Source of the DNA: a virus | Lineage: Duplodnaviria; Caudoviricetes | Length of the DNA stretch: 29,429 nucleotides | Virus record (IMG/VR): IMGVR_UViG_3300006114_001327 | Location: 1-29,429 of that record | Strand: one strand, 5' to 3' | Part shown: positions 16,101-25,375 of the stretch, one piece after another | Numbering within the stretch: the stretch's first letter is position 1 | How the letters are laid out: each line of letters starts with the position of its first letter | Translations under genes and position numbers: made by a program | Notes under the pieces: generated by a model | Databases searched by the model: none | The model's input: only the letters and a program-made list of their open reading frames with translations | Told to the model about the DNA's origin: nothing

Positions 16101-16550
16101 CTATTCCTTTATATAAATTGCTGAATTAGCGCCATGTTCTTTTACTTCTACACTCACGAGGCGACAGCGTGGTGTGTAACCTTCGTCTTCTAGCCACTTT
16201 TCTGCTAAAAGATAAACATAATGAGCAAATGCCTCACACCCAGTATCCGGAAAAATAACTAAATCAATAATTTCTTTTTTAGCTGCTTCCCTAAACCATT
16301 CTATTTCCGGATCATCCTGGGCTACTATTAATGTATGGTCAAAAAGATCTTCTAATATTTTCTTTAATTGTTTTAGTCCTCCAAAATCTACTACCCAATT
16401 TCTTTCATCAAGCAAAGCAGCCTCAAAGATAAATTTAAAAGACATGGCATAACCATGTATAAATTTACAGTGGCTATTGGCTCGCCATTGCCTAAAAGCA
16501 GTAGAAAAGCCTAGTTCATGTCCGTATGTTTTAGTGGATTGGTAAGTCAT
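16101..16550 (-). CDS. queD: 6-carboxy-5,6,7,8-tetrahydropterin synthase
   Basis: [29 protein letters not shown]. Confidence 0.92.
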   Translation of the reverse strand: MTYQSTKTYGHELGFSTAFRQWRANSHCKFIHGYAMSFKFIFEAALLDERNWVVDFGGLKQLKKILEDLFDHTLIVAQDDPEIEWFREAAKKEIIDLVIFPDTGCEAFAHYVYLLAEKWLEDEGYTPRCRLVSVEVKEHGANSAIYIKE

Positions 16551-17248
16551 GGTAGTCCTATTAATTTGTGCATTTGAATAGTTAATCGATAATCGTGTTT
16601 CATGACAAGCGTAGCAGCTAACTTTGTATTAGCGTAAGTTTTATCCGCATCCACATCCCCATCCGGCAAATACTCCATCATAGGCTGTAGCCAGATAGTT
16701 CCTTCTGCTGGACGAAAAAGTTTTAATGGTTTTTCTTTCACCTGAGTGGAAACATTCGGCAAACCATCTTCTAAATCAGTATCACCTACTTTAGTAATAT
16801 ACTTCCAATCTTTACAGTATTTTTTAATAGCTGGGTGGACAGATCCCGTTTTAGGAGAACAAACAATATGAAGTTTATCCGCTAAAGAATCAAGTTCTTC
16901 TTGCCATAAAGTTCCAGCGGTTTCTATTTGAATACTGTAATCATAAGCAAATAACTTTAAGCAAAGTTCATAAAGATTCTGCCTAAAAGGCTCTCCTCCA
17001 GTAATAACTATAAGATTTGTAGGATACTTAATACATTCACTAACAATTTCTTCAGCCGTTAAATGAGTAGTAGAAGATTCAAAATCCGTATCACAAAAAT
17101 GACAACGAAGATTACATCCAGCAAGCCTAACAAAAATAGCAGGCCTTCCAGAAAAAGGTCCTTCACCTTGAATAGTATAAAAAATTTCTTGGACCCAAAA
17201 ACTATCCGGATTTAAGTCCTGTTTTAATATTTTATTCTTCCCAAACAT
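16547..17248 (-). CDS. queE: 7-carboxy-7-deazaguanine synthase (radical SAM)
   Basis: EIFYTIQGEG, CNLRCHFCDT (CxxxCxxC), ITGGEP, IETAG, VCSPK, QMHK. ORF track start is 17332; ATG 17248 (MFGKN) is more likely. Confidence 0.94.
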   Translation of the reverse strand: MFGKNKILKQDLNPDSFWVQEIFYTIQGEGPFSGRPAIFVRLAGCNLRCHFCDTDFESSTTHLTAEEIVSECIKYPTNLIVITGGEPFRQNLYELCLKLFAYDYSIQIETAGTLWQEELDSLADKLHIVCSPKTGSVHPAIKKYCKDWKYITKVGDTDLEDGLPNVSTQVKEKPLKLFRPAEGTIWLQPMMEYLPDGDVDADKTYANTKLAATLVMKHDYRLTIQMHKLIGLP

Positions 17249-17630
17249 CCCTAAGCTCCCATACATTAAGTTTTCTTTTTTTGCCTTCTTCCACCGTAAT
17301 TTTCCGAAATCCAACTTTTTCATAGAAACCATTGGACGGCAAATTTTCAGGACACTTAGCCCTAACTGGTTTGGTAAGCATATTAATCATGGCTTTACCT
17401 AAACCCAATCCTCTTGCTGCTGGAGTAACTAATATTTCGTAAATAACGGTGACCCCGTCTTTTCTAATATGAAAATGACAAAAAGACCCGGTTTCTCTAT
17501 CCACCAACATATGTTTCTTTTCTATAACACCTTTAAAATCCCAACCTCCAATAAAGCCAAGTTCTTCCACATGCTTATTAGCTGCTTTTTTAATTAAAGG
17601 TATGTCTTCTAATGTTGCAAATTCTATCAT
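17232..17630 (-). CDS. GNAT-family N-acetyltransferase
   Basis: Acetyl-CoA-binding motif A ILVTPAARGLGLGKAM and motif B SNGFYEKVGF; overlaps the queE start. Confidence 0.87.
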   Translation of the reverse strand: MIEFATLEDIPLIKKAANKHVEELGFIGGWDFKGVIEKKHMLVDRETGSFCHFHIRKDGVTVIYEILVTPAARGLGLGKAMINMLTKPVRAKCPENLPSNGFYEKVGFRKITVEEGKKRKLNVWELRDVWEE

Positions 17631-17639
17631 AATTAATCC

Positions 17640-17665
17640 AAAAAAGGAGCGGGTTCCCCCGCCCC
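17640..17665 (-). terminator. Rho-independent terminator
   Basis: Minus strand GGGGCGGG-GGAA-CCCGCTCC-TTTTTT just after the DUF932 stop. Confidence 0.85.
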
Positions 17666-17668
17666 AAA

Positions 17669-18637
17669 CTAGATACCAACTAGTTCGTCTGCTAAATTAC
17701 TAGCTAATTCTTTAGTTGCCAAACCATCACCAAACCAAGCCCTATCCATACGAGTATCGTTAGAACGGCCACGGTGGTGATCAACAAACTCCGTAACCGC
17801 ATTAACTAATCCCCAAACAGTGTCTTTAGCGGATTCAAGTTCTGAACCTTTTCCGCGGCCTTGAAATAAATCTAAAAGCGTGCTAACTGTTTTATCTGAA
17901 ACCACTATCTCACCATCATTGCCTTTATAAGAAGCGATTTCACTGAAATAATCTTCGGCATCGGAAGTTGTAACTTTAGTTTCGCTCCAAGCCTCTACGT
18001 GCTTCATAAAATTATCCCAAGAAGTCGCGGCAATGCCTAACTGTGCTTTTACTTTGGCATCGTTAAAAGTAGTTCGGTGGTTAATTCTAACAACTCTACT
18101 ATTACCTTTAGCCTCATCCATAGCAAACCCTAAAGTATTATTGCATACCACACGGATAGAAGTAAACATTGCCGTAGTGGACATAGACCCATCACAGGCC
18201 GTACCTAATAGTAAATAACCTTTAATGGTATCGTCAAGAACTTTAGCCTCTTTACCCATATTAGCAAGTGCCCAGTATTTTCTACCGCCTTTTAACACGC
18301 CAGCTGTTTCTAACTGAAAACCTGCTTTTTCTGTTAAGTCACGATAAAATTCTAAAACTTCTTTGGGCTGGACTACTTGATAGGCGTTACTAACCACAGC
18401 AAGAGGAGTCAAACTATCGGAACGAATTAAAACTTTACGATCCGGAACAATACCTATTTTGGCGCCAATAGAAAATAAAGCTGGTGTTTCTTCTAAAGAA
18501 AAATCCATGCCCGCCTCAACCTGCCAAGTTTCAATAGGCGCACCAGCCTCTAACTGCTGGCCTAAACCGTGCCATGGGGTTTCCCCCACATAAGCAATAG
18601 CCGCACGCCCTTTAGTAAAATCTAGTTCATGGCTCAT
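17669..18637 (-). CDS. DUF932 family phage/plasmid protein (TIGR03299-like)
   Basis: TPWHGLG, YQVVQP, ETAGVLKGGRKYWALA, TSIRVVCNNTL, WGLVNAVTEFVDH, AWFG. Confidence 0.9.
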   Translation of the reverse strand: MSHELDFTKGRAAIAYVGETPWHGLGQQLEAGAPIETWQVEAGMDFSLEETPALFSIGAKIGIVPDRKVLIRSDSLTPLAVVSNAYQVVQPKEVLEFYRDLTEKAGFQLETAGVLKGGRKYWALANMGKEAKVLDDTIKGYLLLGTACDGSMSTTAMFTSIRVVCNNTLGFAMDEAKGNSRVVRINHRTTFNDAKVKAQLGIAATSWDNFMKHVEAWSETKVTTSDAEDYFSEIASYKGNDGEIVVSDKTVSTLLDLFQGRGKGSELESAKDTVWGLVNAVTEFVDHHRGRSNDTRMDRAWFGDGLATKELASNLADELVGI

Positions 18638-18639
18638 AA

Positions 18640-18924
18640 TTATTTGCCCTTTCTAGCAGTTACGCGAACTTCTGGGTAAGTCGTAGTTTTTGTATGAGCA
18701 CGCATAAATTGAGGGGAAAGTTTAGCGCGGACCGCATCCATATCTAAACTATCTCTACTTTTTTCTGTTACATTAGCATCATACATAAGACCTTCATGGG
18801 AACCTAAACCTAAAGCAATTAATTGCTCTTTAAGTTTTTTCTCTTCTGCCTGTAAAGCAGCGATTTCGGCTTTTAGAATGCCGAGTTGGTCAACAAGTGT
18901 TAAAGTGGTATCTATCGTTTGCAT
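18640..18924 (-). CDS. Phage hypothetical protein with N-terminal coiled coil
   Basis: VDQLGILKAEIAALQAEEKKLKEQL; AGAAAGGATAGAAAG leader. Confidence 0.75.
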   Translation of the reverse strand: MQTIDTTLTLVDQLGILKAEIAALQAEEKKLKEQLIALGLGSHEGLMYDANVTEKSRDSLDMDAVRAKLSPQFMRAHTKTTTYPEVRVTARKGK

Positions 18925-18984
18925 CTTTCTATCCTTTCTAGTTTAAAAGTTAACAGTTGCTTTTTATTTGCTACTGTTAAATTA

Positions 18985-19012
18985 ATTATAAATATATTTT
19001 TGAACAAATCAA
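18985..19012 (-). promoter_or_regulatory. Sigma70-like promoter
   Basis: TTGATT-N16-TATAAT followed by TAATTTAAC, with an AT-rich upstream region. Confidence 0.65.
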
Positions 19013-19053
19013 CAACTTTTTAAAAATATATTTATTGTATTTATTTATACGGA

Positions 19054-20592
19054 TCATATTGGTAATTGAAAAAACTTATTGCTTTGAGGTTGAACTATAT
19101 GCAAGTTTTTCTTAGCTCTTGTTATGCCTACATACATGACTCGTCTTTCTGAATCTGGTTCTAATAAATATTCTGAGTGCGTCTTTCGAGCTTGGTCCAA
19201 AAATAAAACCACATTGTCTGCCTCTCCGCCTTTTACCCCGTGAATAGTATTTACATGAACTTCCGGTCTATTAACAAACATTTCAACCCCATAAGTTCTA
19301 AGTATGGATAAATAGTATTCAATATCATCCATGGGAATTTCTTTAAAAGCATCGTGCCAAATAAGGTCCGTAAGTAAACCAAAGTTTGCTTTTAGATCTT
19401 CTATTGTGTAAAGAACACCGTCTTCCATTTTACTTAATGCCTTAAAGCCTCTTTTAACTCCATGCCCTACTTTTAACTGTTCATAAATTTTTTTAATGTA
19501 AATACCGGGCTGAGGATTGCCTGCTCTTAATTTTTCCCAGCTTTTAATTGCCTGTAAATGGTTTTGATTGATTGAGGAGGCTCCTTGCCGTTTAAGAAAA
19601 GGTATTCCAAGAAGACGTAAATTTTTTTCAATACCAGGCAAAGCGTAAGTATTTCTTACAAGTATCAACCAAGATCCTTTTCTAGGATCTACTGGTATGG
19701 CGTCTGGGCTATTATGAAATTCTATGGAACCTAATTCATTTCTAGGTTCTACTACTTTATGATATCTTTTATTAATTTGACCTATTATTTTTTGACTTAA
19801 ATCAAATATAACTTTAGGCATTCTGTGGCTTATGCCTAAAATTTCTTTTTCTCCTTCTAAAGTCAAAAAACTATCTATATCGGCCCCCGACCAAGAATAA
19901 ATAGCCTGGTCATCATCACCAGCAATGTAAACTCTTTTGCACTGAGAAAAACCGCTTTTTAATACTTGCCACTGTAAAGCAGAAAGATCTTGGGCTTCAT
20001 CTATAAATGCAACTTCACAAGGCACAAAAATTTGAGAATAAAAAAAGGTTTCAAGTATACCAGTAAAGTCTATTACTCCTGTATCTAATCTATATTGGTC
20101 ATAAGCATCTGCTATTTGTTTAAACATGTGCCAAGTAAATTCAGGGTTAACTAATTCGTAATAAATTTCTTCTAAACTTTTTAATTTGACTCTTGCAAGT
20201 GCTGCATAAAAAAGCATTTGGTCACCTAAACTACTTCCCGCTGCTAAACCAGTTGACTCATCTGTAACAGCACTAAAAGGCATTTGCATAACTTTTGAAA
20301 ACTCGTCCATATTGATTTGACTAATTAAATCCGTTTGCTTTAATTGCAATTCTCTATAACAAAGAGCATGAATAGTTTTAAAATAAACTAAGTCCGTTTT
20401 TAAAAAATCAAATTTTTCAGTTGTTCTTTTTATGGCTTCTTGTACGGCTTTTCTAGTAAAAGATACAAAAGCAATATTTTGAATAGGTGTACCATTTTGA
20501 ATTTCTTGATCCAATAAATTTAAAAGCGCCGTGGTTTTACCGCATCCGGGCGCACCAAGTATTACTTTTTGCTCACCACTTCCAATCTTCAA
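19054..20592 (-). CDS. UvrD/Rep-like superfamily 1 helicase
   Basis: GAPGCGKT, VSFTRKA, TIHALC, IDEAQD, AGDDDQAIY, TIHGVKGGEAD, YVGITRAK. Confidence 0.93.
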   Translation of the reverse strand: MKIGSGEQKVILGAPGCGKTTALLNLLDQEIQNGTPIQNIAFVSFTRKAVQEAIKRTTEKFDFLKTDLVYFKTIHALCYRELQLKQTDLISQINMDEFSKVMQMPFSAVTDESTGLAAGSSLGDQMLFYAALARVKLKSLEEIYYELVNPEFTWHMFKQIADAYDQYRLDTGVIDFTGILETFFYSQIFVPCEVAFIDEAQDLSALQWQVLKSGFSQCKRVYIAGDDDQAIYSWSGADIDSFLTLEGEKEILGISHRMPKVIFDLSQKIIGQINKRYHKVVEPRNELGSIEFHNSPDAIPVDPRKGSWLILVRNTYALPGIEKNLRLLGIPFLKRQGASSINQNHLQAIKSWEKLRAGNPQPGIYIKKIYEQLKVGHGVKRGFKALSKMEDGVLYTIEDLKANFGLLTDLIWHDAFKEIPMDDIEYYLSILRTYGVEMFVNRPEVHVNTIHGVKGGEADNVVLFLDQARKTHSEYLLEPDSERRVMYVGITRAKKNLHIVQPQSNKFFQLPI

Positions 20593-22100
20593 AAGTCACT
20601 CCCAATAGTAGGCACATTAAAGTCTTCAGTTTGTAAATTAAATTCACTAATAGACCAGCACTGAACACACTTGCCTTTCAAATTAAACTGATGGTGTGAG
20701 GCACCATTTCTTCTTAAAGCAGCCCATTGCTCTTTATTAGTTAATTCTCTAAAATGCTGTTGGTCTAAAAAGCGCCCAAGATCAACCGACCTAAAGTAAG
20801 TTCTACTATCATTAGTCCAAGGTTTTCCAGCAAGTAATTCGTCTTGGTGTCTTGCCTGTGCTTGACCGGTGCAAAATGCTTCTACTAGCTGCATAAATCT
20901 TCCTTCAGTAGACGCGTCAGGAGGCGCTTCAATTAATTCTACATGCTCTAGTTTTTCCTTAACCATTTTTTCCCAACGAATAGGTTTAATTTTGTTTGGA
21001 AGTTTATTAATTTTTTCCATGCAAATTTTTCTAAATTTATCCTGAGAAAGCAAATCGTCCGTATTTAATTCTAAGCGAACCCCGTCCACATCAATAATCC
21101 AAGTAGGAGGATCGGATAAAATTTTGACAAGTGTTCCAATATTGATAGAAGGTTCATCGTTATCCCCCTGTCCTATTCCGTATTCTCTATGCTTACATAA
21201 TTCTTTATTACATAAACCTACAATTGGCGCTTTAGAACATGGATAAAAATAATTTTTTCTAGATAAACTTTTAATGACGGCACCAACCTCTTTAAAAGGT
21301 AAAGGTGGATCTACATAAGCACGGTTATATTGGTCGACTTCTATTTCCCAGTTGTCCCCATGCTTTAATCTTGCGTAAACGCCTAAAGCAAATAAACCTT
21401 CGTTTCTATGCCCTTGTGGGATTTTATTAATAGAAAGTGCCTGCAAACAAGGAGGACCATCAGCAAATGCTTCGGTTTCATTAATGATTATTTGAGCTAG
21501 TTTTTCTTCCGTCAATACCGATTTGATATGTTCGGCTCTTTTTAAAAACTGAAGGATAGAGGCACGTTTTCCTCCAATAATAGCATATCTATCGGTTTTG
21601 TCACCGCTGAAGTATGGCATATTAATCCAATTACCAACATCCCTTTCACTAGCCAATTTAACTTGCTTAGGAAATATTTCAACTCCAGTATAACCGAGTA
21701 CCGAAGAAAATCTCATTAAGTAATTTCTTAATTTAGATGCGTCCACCGGAGTATTTAAAAATAGGTATAAATGAGCACCGCCAGATTTAGTTCTACATGG
21801 TATAAGCGGAAGATCTAGTTCTTTAAGCTTTGCTTCAAGAGCAGGAATATCTAAAGGATAAGTATCGATATCAATAGCACCCCAAGAGCAAGTAGCATCA
21901 TCTCTAATAGGTATAGAACCTACTCCTAATTTTCCATTTAAATGGTCTTCCCACTTGTCTAAAGTCAAAGGTTCTAATATGGTAACTGCTCTTCCGGCAA
22001 CTTTACCGCTGCCTAAAGACGCGGCATCAATTCTATATTGCCCGTGCGCTCTATGGAGGCCTTCGAATAAGTTATAAAATCTTTCTGCTAGTTCTTTCAT
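20589..22100 (-). CDS. Probable primase (AEP-like N-terminus, PriCT-like region)
   Basis: WGAIDID, TKSGGAHLY, EIFPKQ, GNWINMPY, PPCL, GHRNEGLF; lies between the SSB and helicase genes. Confidence 0.8.
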   Translation of the reverse strand: MKELAERFYNLFEGLHRAHGQYRIDAASLGSGKVAGRAVTILEPLTLDKWEDHLNGKLGVGSIPIRDDATCSWGAIDIDTYPLDIPALEAKLKELDLPLIPCRTKSGGAHLYLFLNTPVDASKLRNYLMRFSSVLGYTGVEIFPKQVKLASERDVGNWINMPYFSGDKTDRYAIIGGKRASILQFLKRAEHIKSVLTEEKLAQIIINETEAFADGPPCLQALSINKIPQGHRNEGLFALGVYARLKHGDNWEIEVDQYNRAYVDPPLPFKEVGAVIKSLSRKNYFYPCSKAPIVGLCNKELCKHREYGIGQGDNDEPSINIGTLVKILSDPPTWIIDVDGVRLELNTDDLLSQDKFRKICMEKINKLPNKIKPIRWEKMVKEKLEHVELIEAPPDASTEGRFMQLVEAFCTGQAQARHQDELLAGKPWTNDSRTYFRSVDLGRFLDQQHFRELTNKEQWAALRRNGASHHQFNLKGKCVQCWSISEFNLQTEDFNVPTIGSDF

Positions 22101-22112
22101 AATGTCTCTAAT

Positions 22113-22141
22113 AAAAAAGGGTACTCACTTTCGCTTTCCCC
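22113..22141 (-). terminator. Terminator-like hairpin with an internal loop
   Basis: Minus strand GGGGAAAGC-GAAA-GTGAGTACCC-TTTTTT right after the SSB-like gene. Confidence 0.6.
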
Positions 22142-22150
22142 TAATACTAA

Positions 22151-22933
22151 TTAAAATGGAACATCAGCCTCTGCCGCTACTACTGGTTGGCTTGGTTTAG
22201 CTTCACCAGTTTTAACAGCATCCCTAAATGATTTAGCGGCGCCATATAGTGCCGAATCTTCTAAAGGGCCAACCATTTCAATTTTCCAACCATACCAAGA
22301 ACCTTGATCATTTTGCTCCGGAGAGGTAGTCAGTTGGTAAATATGACTAAACATGGGAGGCGTAAATAACTGTCCTTGAGTATTTTTAAACTTAATAGAT
22401 TCCATTCTAGTCATCCACTGCCTAGATTTTTTGACCTGAGTGGATGCCATGGAAATTAGTGCGGGGGTAAAACTTCCCGTTTCCATATTAACCACTAAGA
22501 CATAGTGAGTTCTAGTATCCACCAAAATATTACCGGTAGGTAATACTAGTTGGTTTTTACTGTCTCGGGTTGCTGTGGTAATGATAGGATCAGAAGGCAA
22601 ATGCTCTCCAACTAGTCCTCCACCTCCACCAGCATCTCTAGGAATCCATTCCACAAACCTTCTAGTAAAGTAAGCAGGAACAACTTTAATGCCTGTTTCT
22701 CCTGATACTATTTCTTGGCTCACAGAATTAAAAAGAAATCCTTCTTCGGCGCCTTTGATGTAAGCGCCGTCGGACTTTTTAACCTGTGGGGATCCGGATT
22801 GCAAAATAGAAATAAACGGAATGGAATAAGAGTCTCTATCCGCATTTTCAAAACCAGCACCAATATCTTCTTCATACATAGAAACAAGTGCCGGTAGATT
22901 TTCCTGCTTAACTGCTACTTCTTTAGTTGCCAT
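22151..22933 (-). CDS. Probable single-stranded DNA-binding protein
   Basis: Position in the replication module and acidic-aromatic tail AEADVPF; IPFISILQ..SPQ and GSWYGW blocks. Confidence 0.6.
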   Translation of the reverse strand: MATKEVAVKQENLPALVSMYEEDIGAGFENADRDSYSIPFISILQSGSPQVKKSDGAYIKGAEEGFLFNSVSQEIVSGETGIKVVPAYFTRRFVEWIPRDAGGGGGLVGEHLPSDPIITTATRDSKNQLVLPTGNILVDTRTHYVLVVNMETGSFTPALISMASTQVKKSRQWMTRMESIKFKNTQGQLFTPPMFSHIYQLTTSPEQNDQGSWYGWKIEMVGPLEDSALYGAAKSFRDAVKTGEAKPSQPVVAAEADVPF

Positions 22934-22990
22934 AATAGCTCCTTAATTTAAAAATGTTTAACTAGTTTTACTTCCGTTAAACTCAAGAAG

Positions 22991-23503
22991 TCACTTCACA
23001 GTCGCTTTAGTAACTTGGAATGCTCCAAATAAATCTAAAGGAATGTTTTTGCCTTGCTGGAGTTGCTCTTTAACAAATGCTTTAAGAGTCGCCGCATGAA
23101 TAGATTTTTTATCTTCGGGGTTTAGACCTAGGTCCTGTGCTGCTTTTACAAATTCCTGTGCTCGGCTATCTTCCTCTTTTCCAAAAGACGCCGATACTAC
23201 ATGTTTAATAATTCCGCCAAAACCATTTTCATTTAACCAGTCATAAGCTAAGTTTTCTTGGCCTTTAGGGATAGATGCATAAACGTCTTCTTTAGTGGAT
23301 ACTTTCATGCCATTTTCTAAAGTAAAAGAACTTACCCCGGCTTCAAACATGGCGGCGGGTAAATCTACTTCTGAAACCTGTTTTAACTGTTCATTTAAAG
23401 CTTTTAAAGCATTTTCAGATTCTTCAATTGCTTTAATTAACCAAACTTGATGATTAGCAAGTGTTGCTATTTGTTTGATAGTGTCATTACTCGGTATAGT
23501 CAT
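22991..23503 (-). CDS. Conserved phage replication-module protein
   Basis: Coiled coil followed by LPAAM...FTL.NG, AYDWL..NG.G.IIK and IHAATLKAFVKEQ. Confidence 0.75.
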   Translation of the reverse strand: MTIPSNDTIKQIATLANHQVWLIKAIEESENALKALNEQLKQVSEVDLPAAMFEAGVSSFTLENGMKVSTKEDVYASIPKGQENLAYDWLNENGFGGIIKHVVSASFGKEEDSRAQEFVKAAQDLGLNPEDKKSIHAATLKAFVKEQLQQGKNIPLDLFGAFQVTKATVK

Positions 23504-23847
23504 ACGGATCTCCCTGAGGTGTCTATTTGAATTGCTATGTAATCTTTCAAGTGTTTATCCCACTTTAATAATTTTACTCTGCCATGATTAACTTCACCAG
23601 CAATCATAGCAGCCGTTGCTATCACCGAAGGATCCCCAATTGTTAAAAGATAATCTTCGTCCGTAAAAGACGCCAGTTTTTCTTTAAGGGTTCTAACCGT
23701 TAACACTGGTGCAAATAAAGCCCTGCCTGCTGGAATCAAAACTTCAGGTTCACCAAATCTCAAAGCCGGGGTCATGTCAAATTCCGAAACAAAATTTCCA
23801 TCTAAATTTCGTCGCATCTTTTCTTGCGTTATAAATACTTTTGACAT
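23500..23847 (-). CDS. Phage hypothetical protein
   Basis: SKVFITQE, ALRFGE, DYLLTIGDP, LLKWD. ORF track start is 23856; ATG 23847 overlaps the helicase stop (TAATG). Confidence 0.72.
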   Translation of the reverse strand: MSKVFITQEKMRRNLDGNFVSEFDMTPALRFGEPEVLIPAGRALFAPVLTVRTLKEKLASFTDEDYLLTIGDPSVIATAAMIAGEVNHGRVKLLKWDKHLKDYIAIQIDTSGRSV

Positions 23848-25331
23848 TATATCCACCTTAATTTAGGATCACCAGTTACCAATGATGCTACTGATTGTTT
23901 GTTTCTCAATGCTGCTACTATTGCTTTGTCTATTGTCTCGACTGCTTCCACGTCAATGTAAGTTACGGGCTCGTCTTGTCCTATTCGGTGTGCTCGATCT
24001 TCGGATTGCAATCGAGTCTCAAGAGAATAGTCATTAGAATAATAGATAACCGTTTTGGCTGCTGTTAAAGTTAAACCAATACCTCCAGAATGAGGCTGGC
24101 CTACAAAAAACCTAGCTTCTTTTTTCTGAAATCTATCAACTGCCAAAACTCTATTAGCGTTAGATATTTCCCCATAATAACTTACCACTTGGTCTTCTCC
24201 ATATTTCTCCTTTAGTGTGCTTTCTATTTCTTTAATTTCAGAAATAAACCTTGCCCAAATAATAACCCCTCCATGGATATCTTCTAAAGAATCCATCAAG
24301 CACTTAATTCTCGGGTTATTCTCGGGTTTTTCAAAAAAAGACTTACCATCTATGGTAAATCCGCCTACTACTTGCTGCAAACGCATGATTGCTTCTAATT
24401 TGGTAACTACTTTTATTTCACCGTCCTCTAAAACTGCTCTAAGTTCGTCTTTTAGTAGTTTGTATGCTTTTACTTGGTTTGGTTCCATCTCATGATAAAT
24501 TCTTTGGTATATTTTTGGCGGCAAGTCAAGACACTCAACTTTCCTTTTTCTATAACTGTAAGGTGCTATTAATGTTTGTAGTCTGTCTAAATTTTTCCAA
24601 ATAGGTTTGCCTGAGTTATCTTTTGCTATTACCTGAGGGGTATATCTTCCACCGGATCTTGCTGTTATGTGCCTCATAAGTCCATGCCCTGGAGGCAATA
24701 GTTCCGAATATTCTGCTTTAAAAGCAAAAAAACTAGTAGTTTTTAGTATATGTTCATCTAAAAATAGAAACTGACTAAAAATATCCATAGGACCCTGAGT
24801 TACGGGGGTTCCTGTCATAATTCTTCTATAAGGCGCAAGTTTACCGAGTTTTAAAATACTTTTGGTTCTAGCCGCCGTTGGAGTCTTTATTCTTGATGAT
24901 TCATCGATAATAAGCATCGTCTTATAGGTGTTAAGCCATTTCTCGGCAAGTTTACGCCCCTTCTCGGTAGAGAACGCTTCGACGTTAAGGGTTAACCAAC
25001 GAAGGCCTTTGAAATCCTTGTCATGAAGGTTTTCAAGGGTTTTAAGTTCTGCCTTGTTAGCGCTTGCTGACCAATAGGCAGATTTATAAGGCGCCCATTC
25101 TGGATGGTGAGTCGGGATTTCATTAAGAATCCAATTTCTATGAACCCCATTAGGGGCAATCACCAAAACACCTTCTATTCTACCAAGCCCATAAAGATGA
25201 CAAGCAGTATCAATAATGACTTTGGTTTTACCGGTGCCTTGCTCCATTAGTAAAGCAAAATATTCTTTTTCACAAGAAATGTTAAATGCTTCCAGTTGGT
25301 GCTGGTATGGCGTGGTTTTGAATCTATCCAT
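23847..25331 (-). CDS. SNF2-family (superfamily 2) helicase
   Basis: PYQHQ, MEQGTGKT, IIDESS, MTGTP, GIGLTLT, QSEDRAHRIGQ. Confidence 0.93.
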   Translation of the reverse strand: MDRFKTTPYQHQLEAFNISCEKEYFALLMEQGTGKTKVIIDTACHLYGLGRIEGVLVIAPNGVHRNWILNEIPTHHPEWAPYKSAYWSASANKAELKTLENLHDKDFKGLRWLTLNVEAFSTEKGRKLAEKWLNTYKTMLIIDESSRIKTPTAARTKSILKLGKLAPYRRIMTGTPVTQGPMDIFSQFLFLDEHILKTTSFFAFKAEYSELLPPGHGLMRHITARSGGRYTPQVIAKDNSGKPIWKNLDRLQTLIAPYSYRKRKVECLDLPPKIYQRIYHEMEPNQVKAYKLLKDELRAVLEDGEIKVVTKLEAIMRLQQVVGGFTIDGKSFFEKPENNPRIKCLMDSLEDIHGGVIIWARFISEIKEIESTLKEKYGEDQVVSYYGEISNANRVLAVDRFQKKEARFFVGQPHSGGIGLTLTAAKTVIYYSNDYSLETRLQSEDRAHRIGQDEPVTYIDVEAVETIDKAIVAALRNKQSVASLVTGDPKLRWI

Positions 25332-25365
25332 GTTACTTTCTTTCCTTTCTTACTTTCTTATTTCC

Positions 25366-25374
25366 ATTATAGCA
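25366..25374 (-). promoter_or_regulatory. Extended -10 promoter for the replication operon
   Basis: Minus strand TGCTATAAT 35 bp upstream of the helicase ATG, followed by a purine-rich leader containing AGAAAGGAAAGAAAG. Confidence 0.55.
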
Positions 25375-25375
25375 C

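Noticed and set aside
22119-22141. Similarity between the post-SSB hairpin (GAAAGCGAAAGTGAG) and the array junction motif (GAAAGCGAGTGAG)
   Set aside because: Short purine-rich match needing a 2-nt gap, not followed by the start codon, and the array copies cannot form the hairpin; probably chance.
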